DNA of 64,000 bases from Schmidtea polychroa (Eukaryota): positions 60,016,001 to 60,080,000 of the forward strand of contig CM097886.1 in the NCBI GenBank assembly GCA_044892525.1. Direction: 5' to 3'. Positions 22,067-32,381 of the stretch are shown piece after piece. Below the pieces are notes generated by a model that did no database searches, was not told the DNA's origin, and saw only the letters and a list, made by a program, of their open reading frames with translations. The position numbers and the translations under genes were made by a program. The stretch's first letter is position 1. Each line of letters starts with the position of its first letter.

Positions 22067-23278
22067 ATGATATATAATAAAAGTATATATATTAATATTT
22101 ATATAACTGCGTATAAGGTTAAACCTCAAATGCGCAACAAGCATAATTATTTATTATTTGTTTTTAGAATAGTAATAAGAAGTTTATCGAATCAATTCAA
22201 TCAAATCAATCTCCAAATAAATCAGTCTAATCAAATCAATCCTCCAATAACCCAAAATCAAATCAGCCAATCTAATCAATCCAATCGACAAGAAAATAAT
22301 CGTCTTTATTCAAACAAATCAATGCACCCACATACGTCAGTTCACATGCATTCTCAAAGAACAAAACCTCAGCGAAATCCTGAAACTCAGAAAATAAGGC
22401 AATATGTGCCGATGTTACAGAAACACTACCACAGTTTCTATAAAAACCTGCAAAATAAAATCAGCACAGATGGCACTCCCATTACTATTAGAAGTTTCCC
22501 CAACCAAGTATGCATTCCTAATGATATGAAAATCGAGATAGAAGAAAGGGAATTGCATCTCATCAAATTCAACGAAGCAAGAAGAGTCAAATTAAGAGAA
22601 TTAATCGGAGCGTACGACAAGTTCCCCAATGCAGAGGAGGCCGCAAGAGCCGGAAAGAAAGTGCCCCATAGAATTTTATTTCACATCACAAAAACAGAGG
22701 TAGCAATATGCCAACAAAGGATACCATTAATCACCACGAGCAATTGCACCATAACAATAAAAACTACAAAAAATGATCGGAGTGTCCCAAACGACTACAA
22801 TGAATTGATAGTCCAAATGAACAGCCTACCCTGTGTCATAGCGATCGAAATATTATACATACCCACGATCCCAAATCCATTTCAGCAGTTGGAACTCATT
22901 AAATCAAACATTTATATGCATGGAGATTTCATCAGAAGAAAAATGTCATTTACCCACAAAGAATTATCCACGGCGGAGAGACATCATCTGATAATGTTTG
23001 TAGATGCAAAATTAGTATGCGACATCAACAATAACTTAAGGCCAATAGAGGTCAGCATACGGAATTTTAAGGGTGTAACAATATTTGATGAGAAAATTAC
23101 ACCTAGAACGAAAATCCTACATTATTATCCAGAGAAGACAAAGGCCAACAAGGAAAATATCATCGGGAATAAAGATGAATACGAAGCACTGGTCGAAATC
23201 CAACAGTTACTTTGCGGAAAAATAGTCGTAGGATTCGACATCATTGGAAAACTCAAAGCTCTCACATTAGATCTCTAA
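22067..23278 (+). CDS. Accessory ORF2 (copy 2)
   Basis: Near-identical to 9504-10715 (one V>I change seen). Confidence 0.7.
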   Translation: MIYNKSIYINIYITAYKVKPQMRNKHNYLLFVFRIVIRSLSNQFNQINLQINQSNQINPPITQNQISQSNQSNRQENNRLYSNKSMHPHTSVHMHSQRTKPQRNPETQKIRQYVPMLQKHYHSFYKNLQNKISTDGTPITIRSFPNQVCIPNDMKIEIEERELHLIKFNEARRVKLRELIGAYDKFPNAEEAARAGKKVPHRILFHITKTEVAICQQRIPLITTSNCTITIKTTKNDRSVPNDYNELIVQMNSLPCVIAIEILYIPTIPNPFQQLELIKSNIYMHGDFIRRKMSFTHKELSTAERHHLIMFVDAKLVCDINNNLRPIEVSIRNFKGVTIFDEKITPRTKILHYYPEKTKANKENIIGNKDEYEALVEIQQLLCGKIVVGFDIIGKLKALTLDL

Positions 23279-23284
23279 AATGTT

Positions 23285-24238
23285 ATGGGAGTTAGAGAAA
23301 TGTCGGAAGATATATTTATGTGCTCGTACGTCAAAAACGTTGCGCCACACAAGATAAAATTGTCCAACCTGGCATACCAGGTAATCAGACATCACAAAAG
23401 GTGGGACAAAGATAAACGCATAAATAGAATGCTGCGTGAACCCGAACCATTTCCAGCATGGCAAACCACGATGATCGTCAAAGTGATATATGCAATTGTA
23501 GAAAATCAATGGGAAGAAGTTGTTAAATGGGACTCAGAAGCCTTCAGTGAACAACAAATAAAAGATCAGTTATATCCCATTAAAGAAAGTAGTCTGGAGG
23601 ATATGTCGGGCGAGGAAGAAGATATTTATATAGAACCATCGCAAATCGAATTGAAATTTAATAAGGACGGGACACGCAGGACTTTCGAAAATGAATTAAT
23701 GGAAAGCGATGACGACGTAATATTCATCGAAGAGGAGAAAATACGAATGCCTGAAGCAACAGTCAAACTGGAATTACAGGAACCAAAATTCCATCCAGGA
23801 AAACTAATGGAATGCGACCTCGACTCTGATGAGGAATACTTCTCAATCAACGAGCAAGAGGAGGAAAATATGGATATAGACGAATTGGGACCGGAACCAG
23901 ATATCGCAATCGAGGAGGAACCCAATTTTATCATACCCAAGGAGAAGGAGCAGATTACAGAAAAGGAATTGACCCGACATTTTGGAAGGCGTATAAATGA
24001 TGGCGACACATTGAATCTCGCATTGGCAAAAGGATTCAACAAAACGAGGATGCTGGTAAGAGACAGCGAAATCGAGCTGGTACGCAGTATAAGAGATAAT
24101 GCGGACATTATCTTAACGGCCCAGGGAGGAATGTTAGATGATGAGGGTAGGCCCATCACTACATTTACCCTAGACAAATACTACAGGACAGGGCCCAAAA
24201 AATATAGAGTAAATGTGTACGCCGAAGAGCGCAGATAG
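23285..24238 (+). CDS. ORF3 (copy 2)
   Basis: Translation identical to 10722-11675; same upstream TAA. Confidence 0.65.
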   Translation: MGVREMSEDIFMCSYVKNVAPHKIKLSNLAYQVIRHHKRWDKDKRINRMLREPEPFPAWQTTMIVKVIYAIVENQWEEVVKWDSEAFSEQQIKDQLYPIKESSLEDMSGEEEDIYIEPSQIELKFNKDGTRRTFENELMESDDDVIFIEEEKIRMPEATVKLELQEPKFHPGKLMECDLDSDEEYFSINEQEEENMDIDELGPEPDIAIEEEPNFIIPKEKEQITEKELTRHFGRRINDGDTLNLALAKGFNKTRMLVRDSEIELVRSIRDNADIILTAQGGMLDDEGRPITTFTLDKYYRTGPKKYRVNVYAEERR

Positions 24239-25275
24239 ATAAATATTCCAACAAACAACCCAATTTCAAGCAAATCAATTCAACCCAAAGACAACCCAGC
24301 AATCTGAAAACTGACTAAATCGTCGAGCAAACTATGCATATTCTATCTTATCAACAATTGTGTAAATATAATTGACTATTCTATCTTATTAACAATTGTG
24401 ACAATCCATGTATATTTTATCTTATTTATATGTATATTTTATCTTATTTTCCACTCTGAATATTTTTATCTTATTTTCCGTTTGAATATTTATGTAGAAT
24501 GTTAATATTTTATCGGGTGTATGTATTTAATAGATTTTATTAGTTAACATCTTAATTATATACAAGGGGAAAATATTTTAATAATTTTAAATTGATATTT
24601 CAAACTAATAACAATAAATTTCAAAATTCAATTAATTTTATATTTCAAACGAATTGTAAAGAAATAATTTCTAGATTTTATTTTAGAACAGCTGGTTTAG
24701 AACAGCTGAGAAATTTTGACAAAAAACAATAACACTTTAAATAAAATAATTAAATTTAGAATAAAAAAATAATAACTCTTGATAATAGAAAATAATAATA
24801 AATTATTTTAAGTATTCTTGAAAATAATAAATCTTGATTTTATAATAATAGAAAATAATAATAAATTATTTTAAGTATTCTTGAAAATAATAACTCTTGA
24901 TTTTATGTCTAAAAAAATTAATATAAATAGCGATACAAAATTCATTTTGTTCGCCCAAAAATAGCGCAACGATTTTATATTCGAAGGTAAATCCTGAGGA
25001 TAATTCAATCATTTGAATCAGCACAAAACGATTCACAAATAGTAAAAGCTTACGAAGACACAACACGCACACACAACAAATAACAATAAACATACTTTCT
25101 TTTGCACGCATTTCAGTTGGAGAATTTAACAAACGAGTATCGATTGTTCAGAATTGTAATTGGATTTTATTTGGTAAATTTTACTTTCAATAAACCTTTA
25201 TATACGTCTTTATTTGTTTTGTTATATATATAAGAACCAGTAAGTTGAGTGTTCCCGAATATCGAGACCTCAACA
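24132..25275 (+). repeat. 3' LTR
   Basis: Matches the central LTR (one difference noticed, 12290 G vs 24853 A); followed by non-element sequence TTAAT... Confidence 0.82.
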
Positions 25276-25699
25276 TTAATTTAATTACACTGAAGAATAA
25301 ATTAAACGTGCTGATTCCAAATCTAAACAGTCAAACCCATATAAAACAATATGGACGTCACCAAAGAATTAGTTCGTTAAATAGAGGTTATTCTTTATTT
25401 CTATGCGATAACAGTGGACAGGTTGATAGATCTTTGCTAATTTAATTGTAATTTGGAACCCTCGATAGTTTAATTAAATTTCGTACTCATAACTCAAGTT
25501 GTGAGTGATAAAAATACTTTTTTAGTCAAACTACCATTAATTTCCGGATTTTCGAATGAACCGCTAGTTATATGGAAATGAAAAACAAAACCTACATGTT
25601 TGAAGCAGTTTGTTACGGACCGTAACTTACGGTTGTTAATGATATATCATCCCATGCTCTGCTGCATAGTTGTATGACTTAAACTAAGACTAAACCTTC

Positions 25700-26468
25700 T
25701 GCGCATCCATCCCTAGCAGAAGGCGACGACGATAATATGTTTTCAGTTAGTGGACAATGCCTTGTTTGCAGGGTTGTCTTTTTGCGGTAGTGTGGGATGA
25801 AAAATACATCATTTTCACAACTGACGTCGGTATACAGTGAATGCTGCAACTGTCTACATCAATAAGAACTTTGCAATTAGGTGCATTCATCTTTTGATCA
25901 AACTTGTGCAACTACTCAGTCCAGATTGACAAAGTCATCCAATGTCGTTTGTTGAATTTGTGGTCTGTGTGGGCAACTGTAACTTTTTTCAACTTTTGTA
26001 GCATCGATGATTTTCATTTTTAAAAATCACCAATAACTTTCGTTTGTCGGTTTCATTCATTTTTGCACAGACTAGAACTGTTAGATAAACTTTGCTTTTC
26101 TTTCCTCCAGAACATATTTCTCCTTTTAAGACAAGAGATGGAAGCAGGTCGTAGAAGAGAATTTTCTCATCAGCATTGTATACGTCTTCAGGTGAATAGC
26201 AATGTAGATAACATCGAAAGATGTTATTAACCCAGCTTTTAGCAGCCGGTGAACCTGCTGATATGGACTCTTCATACATGGCTTTGAAAACTAGTCCGTG
26301 TCTCCTTTGAAATTTCTGTATGTATCCATTACTTCTTTTGAATTCTTTGATATTAAGACTTTCGGCAAATTGTTTTGTCTTGACTGTGAGAAGTGCCCCA
26401 TTCACTGGAACATTTTTAGAACTCTGCTGACTAAACCATAAAGGGAGAGCACACACACTAAGACTCAT
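25700..26468 (-). pseudogene. Tigger/pogo (CENP-B HTH + DDE_1) transposase remnant
   Basis: PVNGALL..K.KQFA..L...F..SNGYIQKFQRRH; YSPEDVYNADE; GGKKSKVYLTVLVCA. A shifted frame continues HKFNKRHWMT...VDSCSIH...QPCKQGIV with stops. Confidence 0.88.
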
Positions 26469-26949
26469 TGACTTCGTTATAAAGAAGAAGAATTAAAACT
26501 AAAATTTTCAGTTGGTACAGGAAAATTTCTTTGTTAAAGGGAGGTTTTTGAAAATAGAGGGAGAAATATATGGGGATTTTAGTATTTTTGTTCGGGACCA
26601 TAAACTCACTTCGTTAAATGGAGAAGTCATAAGTATATTATCATTGTAATACTAAAAATAGGATAAATTACACTAAGGTTAAATTACAAATACCCGTTAC
26701 AACGAAAATATTGGAATGTACTAACAATAAGTTACTAACAATAATTTACTGTATAACGAATTGGTTTCAGGCGATATGGTTAAGACGAAATATTTCTTTA
26801 AACGAAAGAAAAAAACTTTTCTGACAAAAAAATTTATAAGATAAAATGCCGTGATGCACATTTTTATTTATAAAAGTTTAAAGTAATCGGTAATATGTTT
26901 TTATTTGTTACTGTTGACAATCGCACACTGAGTAAACGTTTCCTGTGTA

Positions 26950-27160
26950 TTTACAGTACGTAATGCGTCTTTGGGACAGCCTTCTTGGCACTGGAGGTAC
27001 AGATCGAATTCACCAAGTTGTCTTAGGACATCTTTACCAGAAAGCGGAGCTGGCAATGCAGAATTATCTTCTGAATCTAAGAAGTCAACATTATCTTGTT
27101 TAATTTCAGCAACAATTTAGGAATCAAGAAGAATATCCGTTGTAATTGTTAGGGTTGGGC
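26950..27160 (-). pseudogene. Possible C-terminal fragment of a Tigger-like transposase
   Basis: Manual translation TTDILLDS*IVAEIKQDNVDFLDSEDNSALPAPLSGKDVLRQL resembles the acidic C-terminus of pogo-type transposases; ATAACGAA-like motifs nearby (26690-26810). Confidence 0.4.
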
Positions 27161-27586
27161 CAATAGAGATTGGCGGAAAATCCACCTCTCGCCATCTTAG
27201 AAATACCTGAGGACGATTGGACAAAACCGATATCTTAACTTCACAGTTTTGAAGCGGCATTTTTGGTTTATTGTATTTTGCGAGTAGTTTTTCCATAAAT
27301 TGTGTAAATCATATTTGTTTAATTATAATTTAAATATATTTTATTATTGAAAGCGAGTCGTTGTTATAAACATTTGTTATAATTATTACTACTATTATCA
27401 TTGAAATTATGAATATCATCATCGATATTATAATTACTATATTCCTTGGTCATATTACGATATTTCGCGCAAATATCATTATCATCTTTTTGGTCATTGC
27501 TGATTTGGTCGTAATTAACTATTATCTTACCGTTATCTGCTTATCCTCGTAGCCCTTGAGTTGACGACTAGTATTAGAATCATTTT

Positions 27587-27895
27587 TGTTAGTAATAAAA
27601 TTAATGGAACCCCCAACGATTATCGACCATACCGAAGTTAGTTGTGTGTTACAGGTATGCATCCATTGTATCTCCTCGTGCTGTTTCCAGTGTAACCCAG
27701 AATATAAGGAATATCTTACATATTAATACCCGTTTAGCGGTCAACGTTGGTAATGTATCAAGTGGGTAAGTGCTCGCAAAAGGTGAGCGCGGTATTCGCA
27801 CTATAATTGTCGGGCACTCCCTGGGTCCACGGACTGCCGATAGAAGGCTTATGTCCGATTTTTTCCTGGCCCTTTATTAGATTGTTTTCCCAACA
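27587..27895 (+). repeat. Repeat family A, LTR-like (TGTTAGT...CCCAACA)
   Basis: Homologous to 44825-45881 (minus strand); homology ends at TTGTTTTCCC(A)ACA in both. No TSD found. Confidence 0.5.
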
Positions 27896-28168
27896 CCATG
27901 ACCTATTTATCACGTTCCCCTCGCTCACACATCATCCTTGTCAGTTCAGGTACACATACACGATAAGAGTAGCATCTTGAGTAAACGCAGCTCGCCGGCT
28001 CCGGCCGACTCCCAGAAAATCTCACCTTGGCCATAAATAATAAGAATAATTCTAACTTTGAAAATAAGAATAACTCTTTTAGAAAACGCAGATCCAATAC
28101 CAACTTTGGTAACATAGGTAACTCACCAAAATCCCGCTTCTCTAAACCACTACCAACAATTAAAATCT

Positions 28169-28786
28169 TTGAACCCAAAAACCACAATTTATATTAACCT
28201 ACCAAGACCCCATTACCTCATACCAATTCCAAAGAAACCTTTAACCGACCAAGAAATTTTTGAGCGTCGAAAAAAGAAAATTAAACGAAATATGGTCTTC
28301 GAAAATACTCTTGTAATGTTCAAATCCGAGACCATGATTGATGTGATAAACATATCATCCAATAACGTTGAGTTTGATGAAAAAAGAAACCGTAAGATTA
28401 AGATGAATGCTTATTTTCACATCTGTTGTACCGAATATATGATCAAAGACCTACCTTGCGTGAATCGTCTTAACCTTAAAGAGCAAGTAACTATATTTGG
28501 TGAGCTACTAGATAGACGAGATCAAGTAAAAGAATATATTAATTTAAGGAAATATAAAACGCAAATGCCAAACCTAACTGACCTTGTACAGCCTGATAAT
28601 GTGAAATCTAAGATAGATACAACTAATATAGTTAAAATGCAAACAAGTACTGAAGATGAAGTAAGAAACCACAAGATTAAGATCAATGCTTACTTCGACA
28701 TCTGTTGTACTGAAATTGAAATTAAAGACTGCAAATACGCGAATCGCCTTAATATTAACGAACAAGTAGCTATTTTTGGTGGATAA
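28169..28786 (+). pseudogene. Unknown ORF with an internal 93-aa (279-bp) tandem duplication
   Basis: RNRKIKMNAYFHICCTE...NRLNLKEQVTIFG and RNHKIKINAYFDICCTE...NRLNINEQVAIFG; the second unit continues in another frame after 28786. Confidence 0.45.
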
Positions 28787-29137
28787 ACGTAATCTAACAA
28801 CTGAATGTATTAATCTTATGAACTATAAAAATCAAACACCAAATCTATCTACTCCTTTACCAATAATTCATCCTGTCACCTCCTCCAACGACCCTAACAC
28901 TAACTCCTCCAAGAAAAGTAAGCAATAGACTGAGAAATTGATAGGGCAAAAAGTTATCCACCATAATTATGGATACTATTTGAATACCAATCTATATTAT
29001 CATATATCCATTTTTGCATACCTATTTAATATTTGAAGTTGTTAGTCTTAGTTCTCTACTCACATATTTATTATATTGATACTTATTATAATTACCTTAT
29101 AAAAATTAATAATTAACTTAACTGGTGTTAATTAGAA

Positions 29138-29932
29138 ATGAGAAAGAGGAATTTTCGATGTAAGCCCTTCTAACGGTAGTCAGAAAAGTCTACAGGCGAG
29201 TATTCCTAATGCGGGGGCTCACAATCTCTGTAGTTTTTTCTGGCTTAGCACAGTACGAACATGATCCCTGTCATGGATGCTCTGTCGTTTAAAATAGCCA
29301 TGTGGCGGTTCTCGAGAGTCCATACGTAATTCAGCTCAATGTATGTTTACCATTCTTTCTTACAACTCCTGGAGGAAATTTACACTAACATCTTCCTTTC
29401 AGTTGTCAATTTAAATTTTCGACTCTGAAAATGCCAACAGTTGCCTACAGTGGGTATCACATTTTTATTGTTTTTGTGATGCGAATTACGCGGGAAATGG
29501 TTGTTAAAGGAATCAAGTTACCCAATTAATCCAGTATAAGTATGTGTAATTGAATTTTTGAACCATAAATAAGGAATGAACGCTGCCCAAAAATATGAAA
29601 AAACCTTTCAATTATAAGCAGACAAATAATATTGGTGGTCATGGTTTTTGTAGCGTAACATGCTTGGTAAATTTTTGTAAAGATGTTACGTATTTCCAAT
29701 ATGGTTGCTCACGGAAGTAGCCATGATAAGAATGTAAAAATTTGTTGGCATTTGATCTCAAGGTCAACTAACATTTTAGAACCTAATAGCTTCATAATCT
29801 CGAACACTAACAAAATGCTATGACTCCACTATTTGTCACATGCAATTTTTTTGCTCATTAAATTTTGAGATTTCTCATCGTATTTTTGACAATATCTATC
29901 ATCTTAGTAACGTCAATAAATCTTTCAATTGA
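29138..29932 (+). repeat. Direct repeat, family C, copy 1 (~795 bp)
   Basis: Aligns end to end with 31393-32157, with scattered substitutions and one ~30-bp indel. Confidence 0.9.
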
Positions 29933-30900
29933 ATATTAGCGCAAAATCTGAATTATGTATTTTTGATAGACCATCACCTCAAGCAGTAATTGAACATGGT
30001 TCACTTGAGGATATTTATCCAACACCTTCAATTACTGATACTGGAACCTATTCAATTCAATTTTATATTAATGGATCTCAAATCGAATATTTAGATTTGA
30101 ATGATACTTTACCTTATCTTCCGTTGAAAGTTAGAAATAATGTAGTGAAAATATATCTGATGATTCTGTTGTAACGGCAAACAATTTCTTTTTCCAAACT
30201 CTTTTTAAAGAAGCTGAATTAATTTTTAATTCTATTGAAGTTGAAGGAGGATATGATACATTTGCTCATAAAGCATTAATCGAAACCATATTAAATTACA
30301 ATCATGATACAAAAAGTACATGTTTAGAAGGTAAGGGGTACAGTGTAGATGATAATATAAGAAAAACGTGGATCTTAACCATTTTCATTATGTTCACCAA
30401 TACAATTTGATTTTATGGATCAACCAAAATATTTATTACCTGGTGTTAGTGTCCAAATTAAATTGACGAGATCAAGTCCATCACATAGTTTAACATGTAC
30501 AAAAATGGAACCTAAAATTGAATTATTAGATGCAAAATTAATGGTAAGAAGAGTTCGAGTTGAACCATCCGTTTTAGTTGGTCATCAAATTGGATTTGCT
30601 TCAAGAAATGCAATTTATCCTTTGAGAAGCAAGGAAGTTGCTGAATTTTCGTTACCTACTGGATATACTTCTTTTTATAAGGACCAAATCTTTGGTGATT
30701 AGCGATTACCAAATTTTATTCTTGTAATATTTCAAAGAAATAAAAGAAATAATGTATCACTAACAAATTCTTATTCAATGTACGACCACAATAATGTAAA
30801 ATCAATAACTTTATTGAAAGTAAGCGACTATCGTGAAAAATATAGTCAAGATTTTGAAAATAATAATTATAGTACAAGTTATATGCAGTCAATAATTAGA
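29929..30900 (+). pseudogene. Degenerate Polinton/Maverick major capsid protein (F54H12.2-like) gene
   Basis: KSELCIFDRPSPQAVIE, FYINGSQIEYLDLNDT, FDFMDQPKYLLPGVSVQIKLTRS, DAKLMVRRVRV, NAIYPL, QIFGD*RLPNFILV; frameshifts and stops present. Confidence 0.75.
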
Positions 30901-30904
30901 AATT

Positions 30905-31240
30905 TTGAAGATAACATTAGATAACATCTAGTAAGGAGGACCATAATTACATGAATCAACAACAATAATCTAAGAAAGAAATAGATAATGAATAATGACG
31001 TAGGACCTTCTATCGGCAGTCTAGAACCCGAAAGGAAAATATAATGAGGAGTAGTTTTAGCAATAGACCTCACCTGCTCATTGATTTTCAACCATTGTGT
31101 ACAGTATCAACATGGTCGTCCCTATGGGTACACAAATGGTCTAAGGTACAATAGTCATGAAGGTGTTTAGGGAGGAGTCGATTTAACATCTATAATTACC
31201 CCTAACACATTTAAAAATAAAATGACACAACCCTAAGCGA
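30905..31240 (-). repeat. Repeat family B copy
   Basis: Reverse complement matches 63554-63870 and 52085-52345. Confidence 0.85.
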
Positions 31241-31392
31241 CCCAACAAAATTTAGCCTCGCTGCTTGCTTTATAGTCTATTTAATTTATTTCTTTTAAAC
31301 TGGATACTCATCTCACCCACGGCTGAAGAGCAATCTTACCACTTTCATTTTAACTCGTTATGAATTCGAACTGAGACGAAATTACAAGGACC

Positions 31393-32157
31393 ATGAGAAA
31401 GAGGAATTTTCAACGTAAGCTCTTCTAACGGTAGTCAGAAAAGTCTACAGGCGAGTATTCCTAATGCGGGTTCTCACAATCTCTGTAGTTTTTGCTGGCT
31501 TAGCACAGTACGAACATGATCCCTGTCATGGATGCTCTGTCGTTTAAAATAGCCATGTGACGGTTCTCAAGAGTCCATACGTAATTCAGCTCAATGTATG
31601 TTTACCATTCTTTCTTACAACTCATTGAGGAAACTTACCATAGCATCTTCCTTTCAGTTGTTACTTCAAATTTTCGACTCTGAATACGCCAACAGTTGCC
31701 TGCAGTGGGTATCACATTTTTATTGTTTTTGTGATGCGAATTATCATATTAATTCAGCATAAGTATATTTAATTGAATTTTTGAACCATAAAGAAAATGA
31801 TGAACGCTGCCCAAAAATCTGAAAAAACCTTTCAATTATAAGCAGATAAATAGTATGGGTGGTGATGGTTTTTGTAGAGTAACTTACTTGGTAAATTTTT
31901 CTAAACGATGTTACGTATTTCCAATATGATTGCTCGTGGAAGTAGCCATGATAAGAATGTAAAAATCTGTTGGCATTTGATTTCAAGGTCAACTAACAGT
32001 TTAGAAACCTAATAGCTTCATAATCTCGAACACTAACAAAATGCAATGACTCCACTATTTGTCACATGTAATTTTTTGCTCATTAAATTTCGAGATTTCT
32101 CTTCGTATTTTTGACAATATCTATCATTTTAGTAACGTCAATAAATCTTTAAATTGA
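31393..32157 (+). repeat. Direct repeat, family C, copy 2 (~765 bp)
   Basis: See copy 1. Confidence 0.9.
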
Positions 32158-32381
32158 CCATTATAAACTAGTTTTTTATTCTAAGAATTTGTTTTTGTAA
32201 AATAATTACTTGAATAAATTTTAAAATAATAAATTTTTATTTCTAAAAACAATAGATAAATACTTAAATAAATACTTATTATATTAAATAATTAGATTAT
32301 TAAATAATAAATACTTATTATATATTTTTATAATATCATTTTCCAATTGTTTTAATAAATTATATTTTTCATAAAATAATT

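Larger units (their letters stand above)
1..25275 (+). mobile_element. Tandem dimer of an env-bearing Ty3/gypsy LTR retroelement (LTR-int-LTR-int-LTR); first LTR truncated by the window start
   Basis: Exact 12,563-bp periodicity (ORF1 starts at 368 and 12931; LTR ends at 149, 12712, 25275). Domain order PR-RT-RNaseH-IN is gypsy type. A PBS follows LTRs 1 and 2, and unrelated sequence follows LTR 3. Confidence 0.97.

Noticed and set aside
1608-24177. Many minus-strand ORFs inside the retroelement (for example 11063-11614, 183 aa)
   Set aside because: Antisense shadows of the A-rich sense ORFs; no recognisable motifs, and often non-ATG starts.
25245-25445. 66-aa ORF
   Set aside because: Spans the LTR/flank junction; chance ORF.
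29200-29235. U6 snRNA-like words (ACAGAGA, GCCCC.GC...AGGA) in the structured motif
   Set aside because: Similarity is short, the AGC triad region does not align, and the conserved downstream hairpin is not part of U6.
31590-31745. MFTILSYN...CLQWV resembling a CCR4/Angel or APE endonuclease start within family C
   Set aside because: Two short motifs only; the other copy and the downstream sequence give no consistent frame.
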